In this document: positions 1 through 12,208 of the stretch, in pieces
Position numbering within the stretch: position 1 is the stretch's first letter
Layout: each line of letters opens with the position of its first letter
Assembly: GCA_011109175.1 (NCBI GenBank)
Contig: RDEW01000122.1
Location: 1 to 57,126 of the forward strand
Length of the DNA stretch: 57,126 nucleotides
Source of the DNA: Dicyema japonicum
Taxonomy: Eukaryota > Animalia > Dicyemida
Reading direction: 5' to 3'
Notes under the pieces: generated by a model
What the model saw: only the letters and a program-made list of their open reading frames with translations
What the model was told of the DNA's origin: nothing
The model's database searches: none
Position numbers and translations under genes: made by a program

Positions 1-300
1 TAACTGGATAAAACCTATTCCAAATAATCGGGATTTTTTGACTTTTCTGAAAGGTAACTAAATATTCAGAGCATGGTGACCTCATTAGTTCATCCTGACT
101 TAAGGTAAGTCCAGACCTGTCACTAGATATCTTTTCGAAAAGATTGCAAGTGCAATTTCGTCTAAGCTGTGAGATACAGTGAGCGGACATGGTTCCGTGA
201 ACGTCTTACAATGACAATTGTTAACGAAAATATTCACAACCTTTGGTGCTAGTTACTGACCATCTCTTGCTTCGACGCCTTGCTCTCGTCCCACTTTTAG
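1..300 (-). mobile_element. Degenerate internal fragment of an APE-RT (Vingi-like) LINE
   Basis: ACTGACCATCTCTTG near 255 resembles GCTGCCATCTCTTG at ~31089 in the large LINE. The minus strand gives a broken LDEIALAI..TGLD..IPIIW (pre-RT region). GGTTCCGTGAACGTCT recurs at ~18584. Confidence 0.4.
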
Positions 301-417
301 ACAGTTTATTTTTCTAGTTTCCATTAAGAACTTGATAAAAGCAAGTAATTATATTTTAAACTCAGTAATTATATTTATACTCATCATATCCAAAATTATA
401 TTTAAAACTCACCTATT

Positions 418-585
418 TATTTATTTATTAACCCCGGCATCACCGAGAGAGAAAAACAAAAGAAATGTTAACTCGTTATGTGTTCCCTGTTCTCGCAGCC
501 AAACGTGCCATCAAAAGTGCGTCTCCATTGTTCCCACTTCCGAGCGGAAATGCCTTCTTTGTTCCTTGCAGGGGAAACTGATTTA
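418..585 (-). mobile_element. 3' end of a Vingi-like LINE (subfamily A-related)
   Basis: Aligns with 27836-27990 and 29341-29500. Ends in CTCGG-TGATG-CCGGGGTTAATAAATAA. Confidence 0.85.
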
Positions 586-680
586 AAACGCACTTCGAAC
601 TTTAATTTATTTTAATTTTAATTTTTTAAATTTAATTTATTAAACGATTTTATTTAACCAACACAAATTTATTCTTTTAT

Positions 681-742
681 TTAAAACTGCCATCCATCCA
701 AAGTGGACCCCGCCGACATTATCGACGTTGCGTTGCCTCTCA
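681..742 (-). mobile_element. 3' tip of a CRE-like (RLE-type) non-LTR retrotransposon
   Basis: Minus strand reads MRGNATSIMSAGSTLDGWQF*, like the QRGNAASI C-terminus of CRE-type RLE domains. The same DNA recurs at ~12209 and 33878. Confidence 0.6.
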
Positions 743-1399
743 TTTATTAAACAAATTTTAATTTTCATAAACTTCAAATTATGTGTCATGTGCCATTAAA
801 TTTAATAGAAAGCAATGAAAATTTAAACTGTCTAATTTTGTTAAAGAAATTAGAAGATAACTAGAAAAAGAGAATACTTGTAACAAGTTTTTCAAGTTTC
901 GAGGTTGGAGAGGGACGTATCCGGTTAGATTATTACATCTTTTAAGTCCTTTATTGTGTGAACTCCTTTATTGAATAGGGAAGAGAGTCCTTTTTGGATG
1001 CTAGCCAGACACTTTGTGTCTCCTGAGTTAAATGGATCCCATGACGCTCTACGGTACTAAAAAGGCAAAGAGCAGAACGGAAACCTTCGACCAAGTAAAT
1101 CCAATGCTAATATTACTAAGCTGGAATTAAATTTCAAAAAAGTATGCTTGCACTAGAAAGCTCTTTGTGGAAAATAGATTGGATCGTCCCATGCTCAGTT
1201 TATATTCGCTCATTCTTACCACTTAAATATCTACAGGCTGCATCCAACACTATATTCTAATCTAGTCCATTCACATATGCAAACCGAGGATCATTAGGAT
1301 CACCAGTGATCCTGAGAGACTGGATGGTTTCGAAATCGTATCTTGTAATGTGATTAGCCTGGCGATTTAAGTCGTTCAATACAAAAATTAATTTTACTA

Positions 1400-1960
1400 A
1401 TCAAAGTTATGTTTCCGATATAATGACAAAAATACCTGGGACCACACTGCAAGGAGAATACTTCGTCTCTTAACTTGATGCTTTCGGTGAATGTTTCTGA
1501 TTTTTTTCTACCCATATGCACTGAGAAAATACTGTGGAATTGGGTTTATTCTGTAGACAGCGTTTTCTCCGCGTTTCCAGAAAGATTGCAATCGACTTAT
1601 GATCGGAAATATTTTAGCCGATTTGTCTCTTCACATTTGAGAGTTTTGTTTAAAGCGGTTGCGAGGCGGAGATCTATGCAGATAGATAATTTGTTGAGCT
1701 GTATATCTTTCGATTTCGATAAAGGGGATGAATATGATGTCTGATTGCATATGCCGCATAATTTCCGCTTGAGAGTAAATACTATCGATTTTCGAAAAGG
1801 AATGTAAATCTAATGTTTTGATGTAAATTGAATTTAAGATCTTTTTTGTTAGGAGTGTCATCGAAACAGAGTCGAAGGCTTTCTGTATATCGAAGACATC
1901 AGAACTGCTCGTAACTTCGTCTTCATGTTAAAGCTGTCTGTGATGAACTGGAGACAGATC
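1400..1960 (-). mobile_element. Degenerate LINE reverse transcriptase fragment
   Basis: Minus strand reads DIQKAFDSVSMTLLTKKILNS at ~1840-1900, followed by a broken YADD-like region. Boundaries are approximate. Confidence 0.55.
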
Positions 1961-2100
1961 CCAAATGAGTCGTTGTAGCCATTTTGGACTAGATTTGAAT
2001 TATTCCAAGTCTGCGACTAACTAGCAAATATGTAGCGAGTTAGTGAGAGTCTTAAAGAAACACGAAAGATATATATAACTCCAAAGTCCCTTATCAATGT

Positions 2101-2520
2101 TTGAGACAAGGCGACAAATTACTAAAAGTATTCTTAAAAAAGCAGTGTTATTATGTAAGACGAATGAAGGAATTTGTTCTTAGCATTAAATGTGTGTGCC
2201 ACTTCCTTGCTAAACTACGACATAGGTGTTGTGATTTTGAGACAATAGAGTATGATGATATGGATGAAATGATCCGTGAGTATCAAGGAAAGCCATGTCC
2301 ATATGCTGGCACCCAATAAGAGACTGTATTTACCCCGTGATAAATTCGGCCATGGACTGTGTGGACTAGTCCAACTAAGTGATTGTATCCTTATGCAAAT
2401 GCACGACACCCTAGTAGCTGGGTCAAGTGTGTCTGCTAGAAAACACGTTATAATAACAACCTAGAAAAAACGGGGAACTCACCTAAGCACTATCAGACCT
2501 TTTTTGTATACGAAGTATGG
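2101..2520 (+). mobile_element. Fragment of an R4/NeSL-like non-LTR retrotransposon (RT thumb region), frameshifted
   Basis: DDMDEMIREYQG, then after a frameshift HMLAPNKRLYLPRDKFGHGLCGLVQLSDCILMQMHDTL. This matches the RLYxxRxxGGRGL motif. Confidence 0.6.
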
Positions 2521-4286
2521 TGTTGATGACGGTTCTCTCGCCCTACATGTGAGTAATAAAATTGCATAGTATTCTGGAATCACTCGTGGATACCAGATGT
2601 GGCGTGTCAGACGGTTAAAGCTACTGTTGATGAAATCATATCTTGAATGATAGCAGAGATCTCAGACTTAGATCTGAAAAGTGCAAGTTGTTAGTTTTTG
2701 GCTGCCTTAAGTGGTCTAATAATCTATTCCTATAGTGATTATCTATGTGATTCTCATAGGGGTCAGGGGGAAAATGAGTTACCTTGAAATGACTTTCAAA
2801 TCCAAGTGTAATTTCTTGGATCACGCCGCCATCGTTATGAAGGGGACTGTGAAAAGGGTGGAACTCTTAGAACTTTTCAGCTGATCCGTGTTGTCTGAAT
2901 TAAAATGTTACGCCATTGTGATGCTTATGCTCATCTACATTGCGCACTTTTAGTATCATAGTGAGGAACGCGAAAAGTGTCTGAAAAATCTGAGAAAGAT
3001 CTGGAGGCGCGAGATTTAGTATTCTATAGGAATGTCTTACAAGGCGCTTTTTCCGGAAAAAAATTTAAAAACTTCAAGAATCCGCAGAAGGTGATCGAAA
3101 AAAATCCTGCGGAACTTCCGAAAACGCCGTCACAATAAACTTGTAAAAAACATTGCAATTGTCAGATAATAGACCATATTGTCATATTAAAAAAATATGT
3201 TATGATTTTTACCCACGTGAGCTGTCACCCATTGTTTCCATGTCTGGGAATTTGCATTAAAACAGAGAATAGATAAAGTTTAAAGTTTTTTGAAGTTTGC
3301 ATTGAAATCACCCCACTTGACAGGCGTTATATTTATCAAAAATTGAAAAAAACTCGAACTCTGATTATCTGGTGTCTGGTAGAGCTAGGGTTTAGACAAC
3401 TATGCGAACTCTGAAGGTGTAAGATGAGGGCAAGTGCGTACCCCAAAAAGTTTAGGAAAGTGGGGTTAAATTTTAAGAACTTGATCCTCACAGAAAAAGT
3501 GCTTGTTTTAAGTCAAAAACAGCAATTATAATAATTTGGTTTTAAATTAAATTAAAATTATTTCAAAGACTAAGAGTAACCAAACTAACTTCTCGATCCT
3601 GACTCGTTTTAGCATTCCAAAACTTGTCTCCAGGTAACGAAATTGTACCCCAGCAAAAAATAGTTGGATCCTCTTGATGCCGACCAGGCATTGATGATTT
3701 ATCAATTGTGATAATATCATCAGCATTCCAAAATCTGCATACTTAGTGAAGCCCGCCAGATTATTTGTTATTTGATAAACCATATCGTACGTTCCAAGTC
3801 AATAGTTCCAGTAATAGGGAGAACAGAACGTAATATCAGGGGATTAGAGTGTATCAGTAATTCGTCGATGAGTCCTTGTATTAGAGACTGGATTATTGAA
3901 AATGGTTGACCATCCAGGGAGTTTACAGTGAATTTTCCTCGACTCCTTATATTACAATGTTTTTATTTCTTCTAGTCTCGATATTTTTGAAATATTTGAC
4001 GGGGATCATGATCCTTTGGGAGAATGTAGACATTCATGGTGGTAAGCCGTTCTGCATGCTAGAAGACTCATAGAGATTTGGTCTAATGTTCCGTTTTCCT
4101 CCTAAGATACAATGGGAAATATCCGGGAATGACAATTTACAATGAAACCTCTTGAATCCGCCATTTTTATTGAAATGTAAATTTCCTTAGTGAATCCACC
4201 ACAATTTTCATTCGAAATTTCATAATTTTAAAACTAATTTTATTATTTATTCTCATGATTAAAAAATTTAATTATATTGTTGTTAG

Positions 4287-5420
4287 TGGGACAACCATTC
4301 GACGACAACACACCTTACAACCCTCACACAATTCATTGCGGAAGGATTTAACTCCCCCAAACCCCATCAGAGGACAGTACTTATATCCGTGGACATCACA
4401 AAAGCGTTCGACTCAGTCCCTAGGAAACTTCTAACAAAGAAAATATATGAAACCAACATCCATCCGAACCTGAAACTTTGGCTTGGAAACTTCCTAAATG
4501 GAAGACGAGCACAAGTGCTCTGCAACAACATCAAATCAAGATCTCGCTATTTCCCAAATGGAGTCCCTCAAGGCTCACCACTATCACCCCTACTCTTCAA
4601 TCTCTACATAAACGACATGCCACAAACCTGTAATGAAAACTGTCTAATCCTCTCATATGCCGACGATATCATTCTTGCCTCCAAGGACAGAAACATTCAA
4701 TCAGCGACTCAGTTGGCTCAACAAATGCTCGATAACTTGGAACTATGGCTCTCGAAGCGGAGACTTGACACATCAGCAGCAAAGTCCTTTGTCACACTGT
4801 TTACCACCTACAAGAGACAGCTCTGTATCGAACCAAAAGTCTTTATGAAGAACGAAGCTATCTCTATTAACAAAACACCGAAGATTCTGGGAGTAACCTT
4901 TGATCAGGGACTCACCTTTATCCGGCATGTTGAAAACAGAGTAACTTCTGCTCTGAAAAAATAAGAATTTTAAAAGTGCTCTCAAAAACACTTAGAGATC
5001 AAACTGGGATCCTTGCCACGATTTACAAACAATTATCCGACCAACGATGACGTATGCAAGTCCTTCATGGGCAATGCAAATGTCACGATCTTCCACATTG
5101 AAGTTATCTGCAATCGAGGAGACTGCAATGAGGTTAATTGGACCAGATCACAACATCCTATTGAAAATTTTTTAATTGAAATACAACGAAAACTATTAAA
5201 GGAGGCTGTTCTACCGAGCTGCCCTTTATTCCAAATACTATCGAATTATCTACAATCATACAGAAATTGTGAGCCGATGCCATGTCCTATGAGAAGAGCT
5301 GTTCAGGATTCTCGACCCCGCCGGACTCGTCCTCACCTTTGTCGGTCTGGGATCACTTAGTTAGATGAGAACTTTTATTTCTTTCTCTTTGACCCAGTGA
5401 TCCTGGGGTAATAATAATAA
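4287..5420 (+). mobile_element. 5'-truncated Vingi-like LINE (subfamily B): RT core plus 3' end
   Basis: GFNSPKPHQRTVLISVDITKAFDSV, GVPQGSPLSPLLFNLYIND, LSYADD and KILGVTFD (ORF 4389-4964). Frameshifted C-terminus. Ends CCCAG-TGATC-CTGGGGTAATAATAATAA. Confidence 0.92.
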
Positions 5421-5599
5421 ATAATAGTAGTGAAACGGAATTGCACAAAATTGAAAAATTTCGATTAGATATCATGAAATTTAAGCAACAAAAACAAAAT
5501 TTATTGGATTTCAGAATTTCTAATGTTTTGTTTTTAAACACAGATTAAAATAGAGTACTTTTCATATTAACCATCAAAGAAGCAACTATAATATTTTTA

Positions 5600-6150
5600 A
5601 CATTTTTTGTGTTTTTTAAGCACCTGTCTAAGAGATCGAAGGCAAACATGAAGCGATGCATAGGAAATGCATGGTTCAGTATATTGTGGCAGCCTGGACG
5701 TCTTGTCACTGTACACCCACGAGTTGATCGTTTTCCTCTCTCTGTATCGGAATCTCAGCCAAGAATAAATTGAAAAGTAGTGGGAATAGTAGTGCATCCT
5801 GTGGTACCCCATTGTGAAATAGCCAAGAAAGTGATCGAACGTTCCCATAAGTAACATCAACTCTTAATCATTCATTTTCCCTCCCGAACCTGACAGAATT
5901 TCCCAGGTCCTATTTATGGGAGATTTGATAGGTTTCATCGTAATTCCAACTAGAGATCTTTGTCACGATTTTTGCAAACTATCACACATACCAACAAAAT
6001 TGCTTTCTGGGTGTTGAATTAGAGAGTTTTGTTTCCTGAGTTAGTAGAATGTTCACTTTATTGCTCAACCTTAATACTTCACTTTTGGTTTACACTCAAC
6101 TGCAACGAGGACAGGTTCTGTTAAAGCACAGTCTACAGATCAAGTGAGAA
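5600..6150 (-). mobile_element. Internally deleted degenerate LINE (APE start joined to RT)
   Basis: Minus strand reads LQLSVN and NILLTQETKLSNSTP (APE N-terminus) at ~6000-6110, and GVPQDALLFPLLFNLFLAEIP (RT) at ~5750-5815. Confidence 0.55.
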
Positions 6151-6431
6151 ATGGACTTACCCCTATGTAATGATATGTCGGGGTAGGAAATAAATGGTTT
6201 TTTCCATGCCCATTGACACTGGACGCCGCCACATTAGAAGAAGCAATTGACGCCACGTTACAATTTCCAGAAAGTAGAAATTGGCTTGGTGATCATGAGG
6301 GGTAGCTCTTAATCTTCTATGTATGCCTGCAAATGTTAAAACATAACATCTTGTCTTGTATAAAATTTGTTTTGCAACAGATTTGAATAGACATACAAGA
6401 CGGTCTCTTGTGTCTACTTTATGTATAGTGT

Positions 6432-6743
6432 CATACGTGGTGCTGCGTGGTTAATCGGTTAAAGTTTTCTGCTTGTTTGTCTCTTTCTCTTGTCTCTTTC
6501 TATTAGAGTGGTGTCATGTGATTCACCTTTCTAGGTGACGCCCATTTCCTGGCTGGCACAAAAAAGGATCATTTGCTCTCCCCCACTCCACTGGAGTGTT
6601 TTCCACAACTGCATGTGATGGACGTCTTACCTTTTATGCTGATTCTGGATGGATTCTGTTTATGTAGAAGTGGAAACTGGATGCACTTAATTAGTTGTTT
6701 ACTTTAACTTCTTTTTCGGTGTATCCAAGGTTAATAAATAAAA
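6432..6743 (+). mobile_element. Short non-autonomous element (SINE-like) built from LINE 5' and 3' ends, copy 1 (complete)
   Basis: 6503-6610 aligns with the 5' end of the LINE at 32225-32327. The 3' end TTTTTCGGTGTATCCAAGGTTAATAAATAA matches the LINE terminus. Homologues at ~6893-7162 and ~13565-13730. Confidence 0.8.
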
Positions 6744-6892
6744 TTAAGTTTGAGTATTCTTATTTAGAGACTCAGAGGCGGCTCATTATCTCAACTTTTT
6801 TAACAGCACTTTTCGCGGGAGTCATAATACATATAAGAGTCATAATACACACTTTATTAAAATAAAGAACAGTTACGATAACTTATTAATTT

Positions 6893-7162
6893 TAAAGTAA
6901 ATAACCGTTCAAGTGTATCCAGTTTCCACTTCTACAGAAACAAAGTCCATCAGGAATCAGCATAAAGAGCAAAAGACGTCTATTATTTGCAGTTGTAGGA
7001 AATCACTCCAGTGGAGTAGAGAAGAGCAAATGATTTTTTCTCGTGGCAGCCATCTAGACAGGTGGATCACATTAATCCACTCTAATAGCAAGGGAAAGAG
7101 GTGGAACAGACAAAACAAAACAGAAAACTTCAACCAATTAACCTCGTAGCATCACATGGTGC
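6893..7162 (-). mobile_element. Non-autonomous element, copy 2 (inverted relative to copy 1)
   Basis: Reverse complement shares CATGTGATGCT..GGTTAATTGGTTGAAGTTTTCTG, ATTTGCTCT and TGTAGAAGTGGAAACTGGAT with copy 1. Lacks the terminal stem-loop. Confidence 0.8.
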
Positions 7163-7812
7163 AACGATGCTGATTTTATTTATTTAGCACCCAAGCTAAC
7201 TATCACGTGATCCTATGCGCTCCGCCTAAATTCTCATTCTTTCCCGGTACCCACACAAGCTCGTACAGGGCGGCTGACTGTATTTGCAGAGCCACCTTCC
7301 CGCATGCTGGAGTTTTGTTTACGATGATGATAACTAGCCGTTAATTCAACTTATGACATTTTTTAATTATATGATTATTTATGAAATAAAATTATAGCAA
7401 AAAAATATATAATATATATGAGAGCGCAGAGAAGAATATAAAAACCTTTTTAGTTGATTAAATATTGGGATGAAGCTCGATAAAATAACATAAATATAAA
7501 AATTTTTTACTAACTTAGCCTTAAACCTCTGTTTATAAGTTAAATAATCTCTGATTTTGTCAATTTTGTGTTAAAGTACTAAACTTGATTTCAAGATATT
7601 ACTAATTACTTTGATCTTCTCACCTTAAGGTTATTCATAATTGATAGTAGCTATTACATAGATTAAATATTGCATTATTATTGTATTGCACTAAGGGAGA
7701 TGGTTAATCCTTCAAAATTTAGTTCGGTTCTATTTTAAGAGTAATCCTTTGCAAGAGATCAGGTTACAGTCATTGACATAACAAATTAATATCAACAATC
7801 GATATTTAACGG

Positions 7813-8364
7813 ATGAACGCCGAATCGCGTTGTTTATATATTCGTTTCGCATTTATAAACATAATGACAAATCGTGCTTACTTTAATAGGTCGTCAAATC
7901 ATAAGAGAACTCAAATCAAAAACGTTTGCAGCCATTCATCTGTTAATACTACTCATATACATTCAACTTTGGGGTGGAATATTCGTAATGAGCCAATCCG
8001 TCGATCAGAAATTGAGCTTGAAAGAATGAGAATACTGCATAAAATATCAACGAACCAAGTAAACTCTAAAGAGCGCTCATCTAACTCCACTATATGTCCA
8101 CTTCTCAGTAATCGTCAAAATACAATGGAACACCTTATTTTTATACCGAATTCTGAAGATTCTGGTGTTGTTTCCCTCAAAGACGTCGCTAATTCACGAT
8201 TCTATGCAACTAGAAATCTTTCAAATGAAAAGTACCCGATTAAAATCATTATTAATGAACAGTTCAAGCGAAAATACGTACCAGGTTACATTAACAAAGA
8301 AAATTCAAGTAATTATATTCTTTGGGCTTTGATTCGTTATTTTTTGAAGCAAATAGTCCGTTAA
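7813..8364 (+). CDS. Uninterrupted 183-aa ORF of unknown function
   Basis: Long for such AT-rich DNA. No motif I can identify with confidence. Confidence 0.3.
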   Translation: MNAESRCLYIRFAFINIMTNRAYFNRSSNHKRTQIKNVCSHSSVNTTHIHSTLGWNIRNEPIRRSEIELERMRILHKISTNQVNSKERSSNSTICPLLSNRQNTMEHLIFIPNSEDSGVVSLKDVANSRFYATRNLSNEKYPIKIIINEQFKRKYVPGYINKENSSNYILWALIRYFLKQIVR

Positions 8365-10921
8365 GAAAACGATTTGAGTAATTCTCAAATGCAGTTTTTA
8401 TTTTAAAGGCAATAGTTTAAATATTGTGCTTTAAAGTTTTGTTACTTTCTTTTTCAATTTAAATTTTTTGTTGATTTAATTTGTTCTAAAAATTGTATCG
8501 TATAGGAATACTGTATAAGTACTCACTTTTTGGAGAGACTCACTCTTCTATAGACTTAAACGATACTGATATTATGATACTTAATTTCTATATCTATAAG
8601 TGAAGCCTGATGACGACGTCACTCGTCACCAGAAGCATCGTAGATCTGTGGAATCCTTCAAAACATTCTGTTAAGTTTTCGAATGGTTACTAAAATAATT
8701 TGAATAATCTATTGATACATTATGAATTACAATTCATGTTTACAATTAATATTATTAATAATGAAAAATCATTCAAGTGTGTTAATTTTTTTATTTAAAA
8801 GTTATTAATGAGTATACATAGAATCGTGTTCACTATCATCCTATACGTAAAACTTCAGACATATAGATACAGGTTGGAGTTATTTAGTTTTGCTTCCTTC
8901 GCTTTTTGCTCTTCTCGCGACCATGATTGAGATGGAAGGGGATCTATCTCCACTAACATGAAGAGCCTCATCCGATCCTCGATGAAAGGACCCTTGCGAG
9001 CACCTTACTTCCGTAATCAAATACGAAAATCACGGAGTCGAGATTCGAATAGGGATCAGTAGGCAGTTAGCATGAAATTATTCCAAGAAGTATCCCATGC
9101 TATTCGTAAAGTGGTTTCTTTAAAATGACCACAAAAACCATCATTAGATATCTTCATTATGTTATTTGGAAAACATTCACCTCTCCTTACAATCTGTGAC
9201 CCACTCCGTTATCTACCAAAGTAAGCCTTTTGATCATCTTGAAGATGAAGTACTTTTGGTATTTCGAAATTTTGTCCCAGGCAGTAATAGCGACCTTAAT
9301 GGATTAAGACCTAGCAATTCAAAAGATCTTTCTATCTTATCTTTTGGAGATCTTTCTATCCTTCTTTTATAGCCTCTATCACTTTTTTACCAACCGGATT
9401 CTATCGAGTGGTCCACAAGAATTAATCCGTCACATCCTGTTCTCTGACAACATAGAGGCAAGTCTGTTCATCTTGCTGTTGAAATTTTTGCGGCCTTCGG
9501 ACACTTGTCCTCCACTTTATTTAAATAACTGATACTTCATCCCAGCCCACTCAAAAAACCTATGCAAACATTGCTAGCTATTCAAGTGGATTTCCCTCTA
9601 ACTTTTTTGTTTTTATAAAAAAGTATTTTGAATTATTGTTGCATCATCGTAAAATATTATATAACTATGTGCCATTTAGTTCAAGAACCGTCATAAATCA
9701 ATACTTATTATAAAACTAAACAACCACCGTTCGACGACACAATATAATCAACAACGTTTACAATATTTTAAAATAAGCCAAAAATATAACACTACTTGTT
9801 AAGCGTCAGCGACGACATATGTTGTTTCTAATAAATTTATTTGCGTTTACAAAACTTTCAAGGTGACAATTTGGGATAGGCTTACTCAAACTTAAAAGTG
9901 CCGCTTAACAGGTTAATTTACAAAAAAATATTATTAAGTTTATCACCCTTTTTAATAAGCTTTCTGAGTTTATTAATCATGTTTCGCTGTTCAAAACATT
10001 GTTCTCAATTTGTTTTTCAGCATAACAGGTGTTTTTTTGATAGTGATCCAGTATCACTGATGACTATTACCAAGTTTATTTTTCCTGAGTAATTTATAAA
10101 ACGCAATCTCTACCTCTAAAGTCAATTTCCAACGCTTAGGCTAAGAATTTGGTTTTGGAAAACGAACTTTTGTTGAATGAGATTAATTTCTTAATTTATT
10201 TTCAGTAGTTAAATATGTCGTATTTAAGAGTCGAAGATGTTTGAACCCATTAATTGGACTTATCTGTGATTTGTAGGGTTCAGTCTATAATATTTAAATT
10301 GAATCTTTAGACGAATTTGAATTTATTATTGAATCATTTTTATCAAAGTTCTCATATTCCATTTTTTCATGCCTCACGTCCACTTTTTCAAAGACTTTTT
10401 TATCTGAATCTTCTGAATTTATTTCATTCAATTCGTCGCCACTGCTAATAAAAGCCTCAACTAAATTGAAGTTTTACTTAAAAAACATGTTGATTTGAAA
10501 TATTTGGATCGACTAGAACAGAACGGAAAGAATCTGAAACTAAACCAGTATTGTCTAAAATAACTTTCTAAAAAACATTAATTTTAATACATAAATTTCA
10601 GACTCATCGAGCGTCAACTTTATAAAGGAATAAACCTAGTAGTATCATTATAAATATTTACTTGATTGAGAGTATTTCGGTAACTACTAAATTCGTGAAG
10701 GTCAACTATAAATTGGATTATTACATCGTTTTTAGACATAACACAACAAGAAAGAATAATATTTTTGCGCAATATTTAATCTTTTAATTTAATAATTCTT
10801 ATTTCATTTGTTAGTTAAATATTTCTGAAGTCGAGTTGAATGTCATTTCGGGAATTATGTAGTTAAATGATATCAAATATTTTACATAAATTTTAGAAAG
10901 TAATTTTTTAATTCCCGAAAT

Positions 10922-11070
10922 TTGAGCCGATTCCTTGTCTGATTAAAAGAGTTGTTCAGGATTCTCGACCTTATCGGACTCGTCCTCTCTCTTGTCGGTC
11001 TGGGATCATTTAGTTAGTTGAGAACTTTTATTCCTTTCTCTTTGACCCAGTGATCCGGGGTAATAATAAT
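10922..11070 (+). mobile_element. 3' end of Vingi-like LINE subfamily B
   Basis: Close match to 5270-5418 (GTTCAGGATTCTCGACC...GACCCAGTGATCCGGGGTAATAATAA). Confidence 0.9.
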
Positions 11071-11074
11071 TCCC

Positions 11075-11460
11075 AACTAGTTTATCGATGCGGCGTCCCA
11101 CTCAGGACCGCTATAAAAACCAACTGGATGAGGCTCATGAAATATTGTCACTCATGCTGTCCGTTTTCTGCTTCCCTTGTTCAGGCCAGTTGGCTTCAGT
11201 ATGGCAGGGTATTCTGCAGATATCTTTCACATCATTCAAGTTAGTGTGCCAAGGGAATCTCTCAGCACTTATGCCCCAGGTGATGTCCGTAAATACCAAC
11301 AGTTCTTCCGCATAGACATTAATGAGACTGCCATATTCTTTTCCCCAGACTAATTGAGATCCCGATGCAGACTGTCTCATTATCCAGATGCCTGCCTATG
11401 CTCTCAGTCAGGAGGGTGTTAATCCGAAGATCACTTTCTTCAACTCTTTAAGTAATCAAA
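11075..11460 (-). mobile_element. CRE-like retrotransposon zinc-knuckle/RLE fragment
   Basis: Across frames: LDNETVCIGISISLGKRIWQSH*CLCGRTVGIYGHH...SAERFPWHTNLNDV...SAEYPAILKPTGL. Confidence 0.75.
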
Positions 11461-12208
11461 CAAGCACGTCGCAATTGATTCACGTGTTAAGTAGTCTCTC
11501 AATCTTAACACAAAATTTTATAGTAATCTTTCTGTTTATATGATCCAATGGCATACTGCCGAATGGTAATGTGATAATTTAATGACTTTTCTATATAGAT
11601 ATTTTAAAAATGTTTGAATCATAGTAATATCAAAAATTTTCAGAACCACCTACATTTTCGGGATGAAATATTATAAATGTCGGTTAACGAATATACCTAA
11701 CATCGGGGATTTTTGGACCCAAATTGTATTTTTCTTACGTCCTGTCAGATTATTAATAGTAAAAAATGGAAGGGAGATCAGAAAAGTGAGCTGGTCAATC
11801 GTGCGCATTTTCATACAAATCGTAGAAGGGAATTGACCGTCAATCATGAAAACTGTTTACTACTTTATAACAATTTTGAAGTAAATAAATTGTTGATTAA
11901 TATCGATTGAAATGTATAAATCTGTTTAAAAAAATGGTAAAATGTATTAAAAATTAAATGAATAAAAAACAATTTTTTTAATTATTGCATTATTTGTAGC
12001 CAAAAAATAATTATTTCATTTCTGTAACTTGATTGTTGCGGTGCTGCCCTTATGGTCGCTCTGAGACTAACTGGATAAGCCATCAAGTTTTGCTGCCATC
12101 ATGGCTTCTGAGATAAGCAATACGTCTGAGTTTCTTGAGGAAGACCAGGGACTTGCTGCTTATCGCTCAATATATATTAAAGAACGGCTCCATATCACAA
12201 ACACAGCA

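Noticed and set aside
7195-7335. RNase H fragment (LVWVPGK on the minus strand)
   Set aside because: A single short motif without the following H..GNE.AD; compatible with chance.
7813-7920. GIY-YIG endonuclease (Penelope-like) in the orphan ORF
   Set aside because: The resemblance is superficial. The G-I-Y and Y-I-G residues are not conserved and there is no Penelope RT nearby.
8607-8636. Hammerhead ribozyme (CTGATGA plus a TGACGA/TCGTCA hairpin)
   Set aside because: No GAAA after stem II, and I could not build stems I and III.
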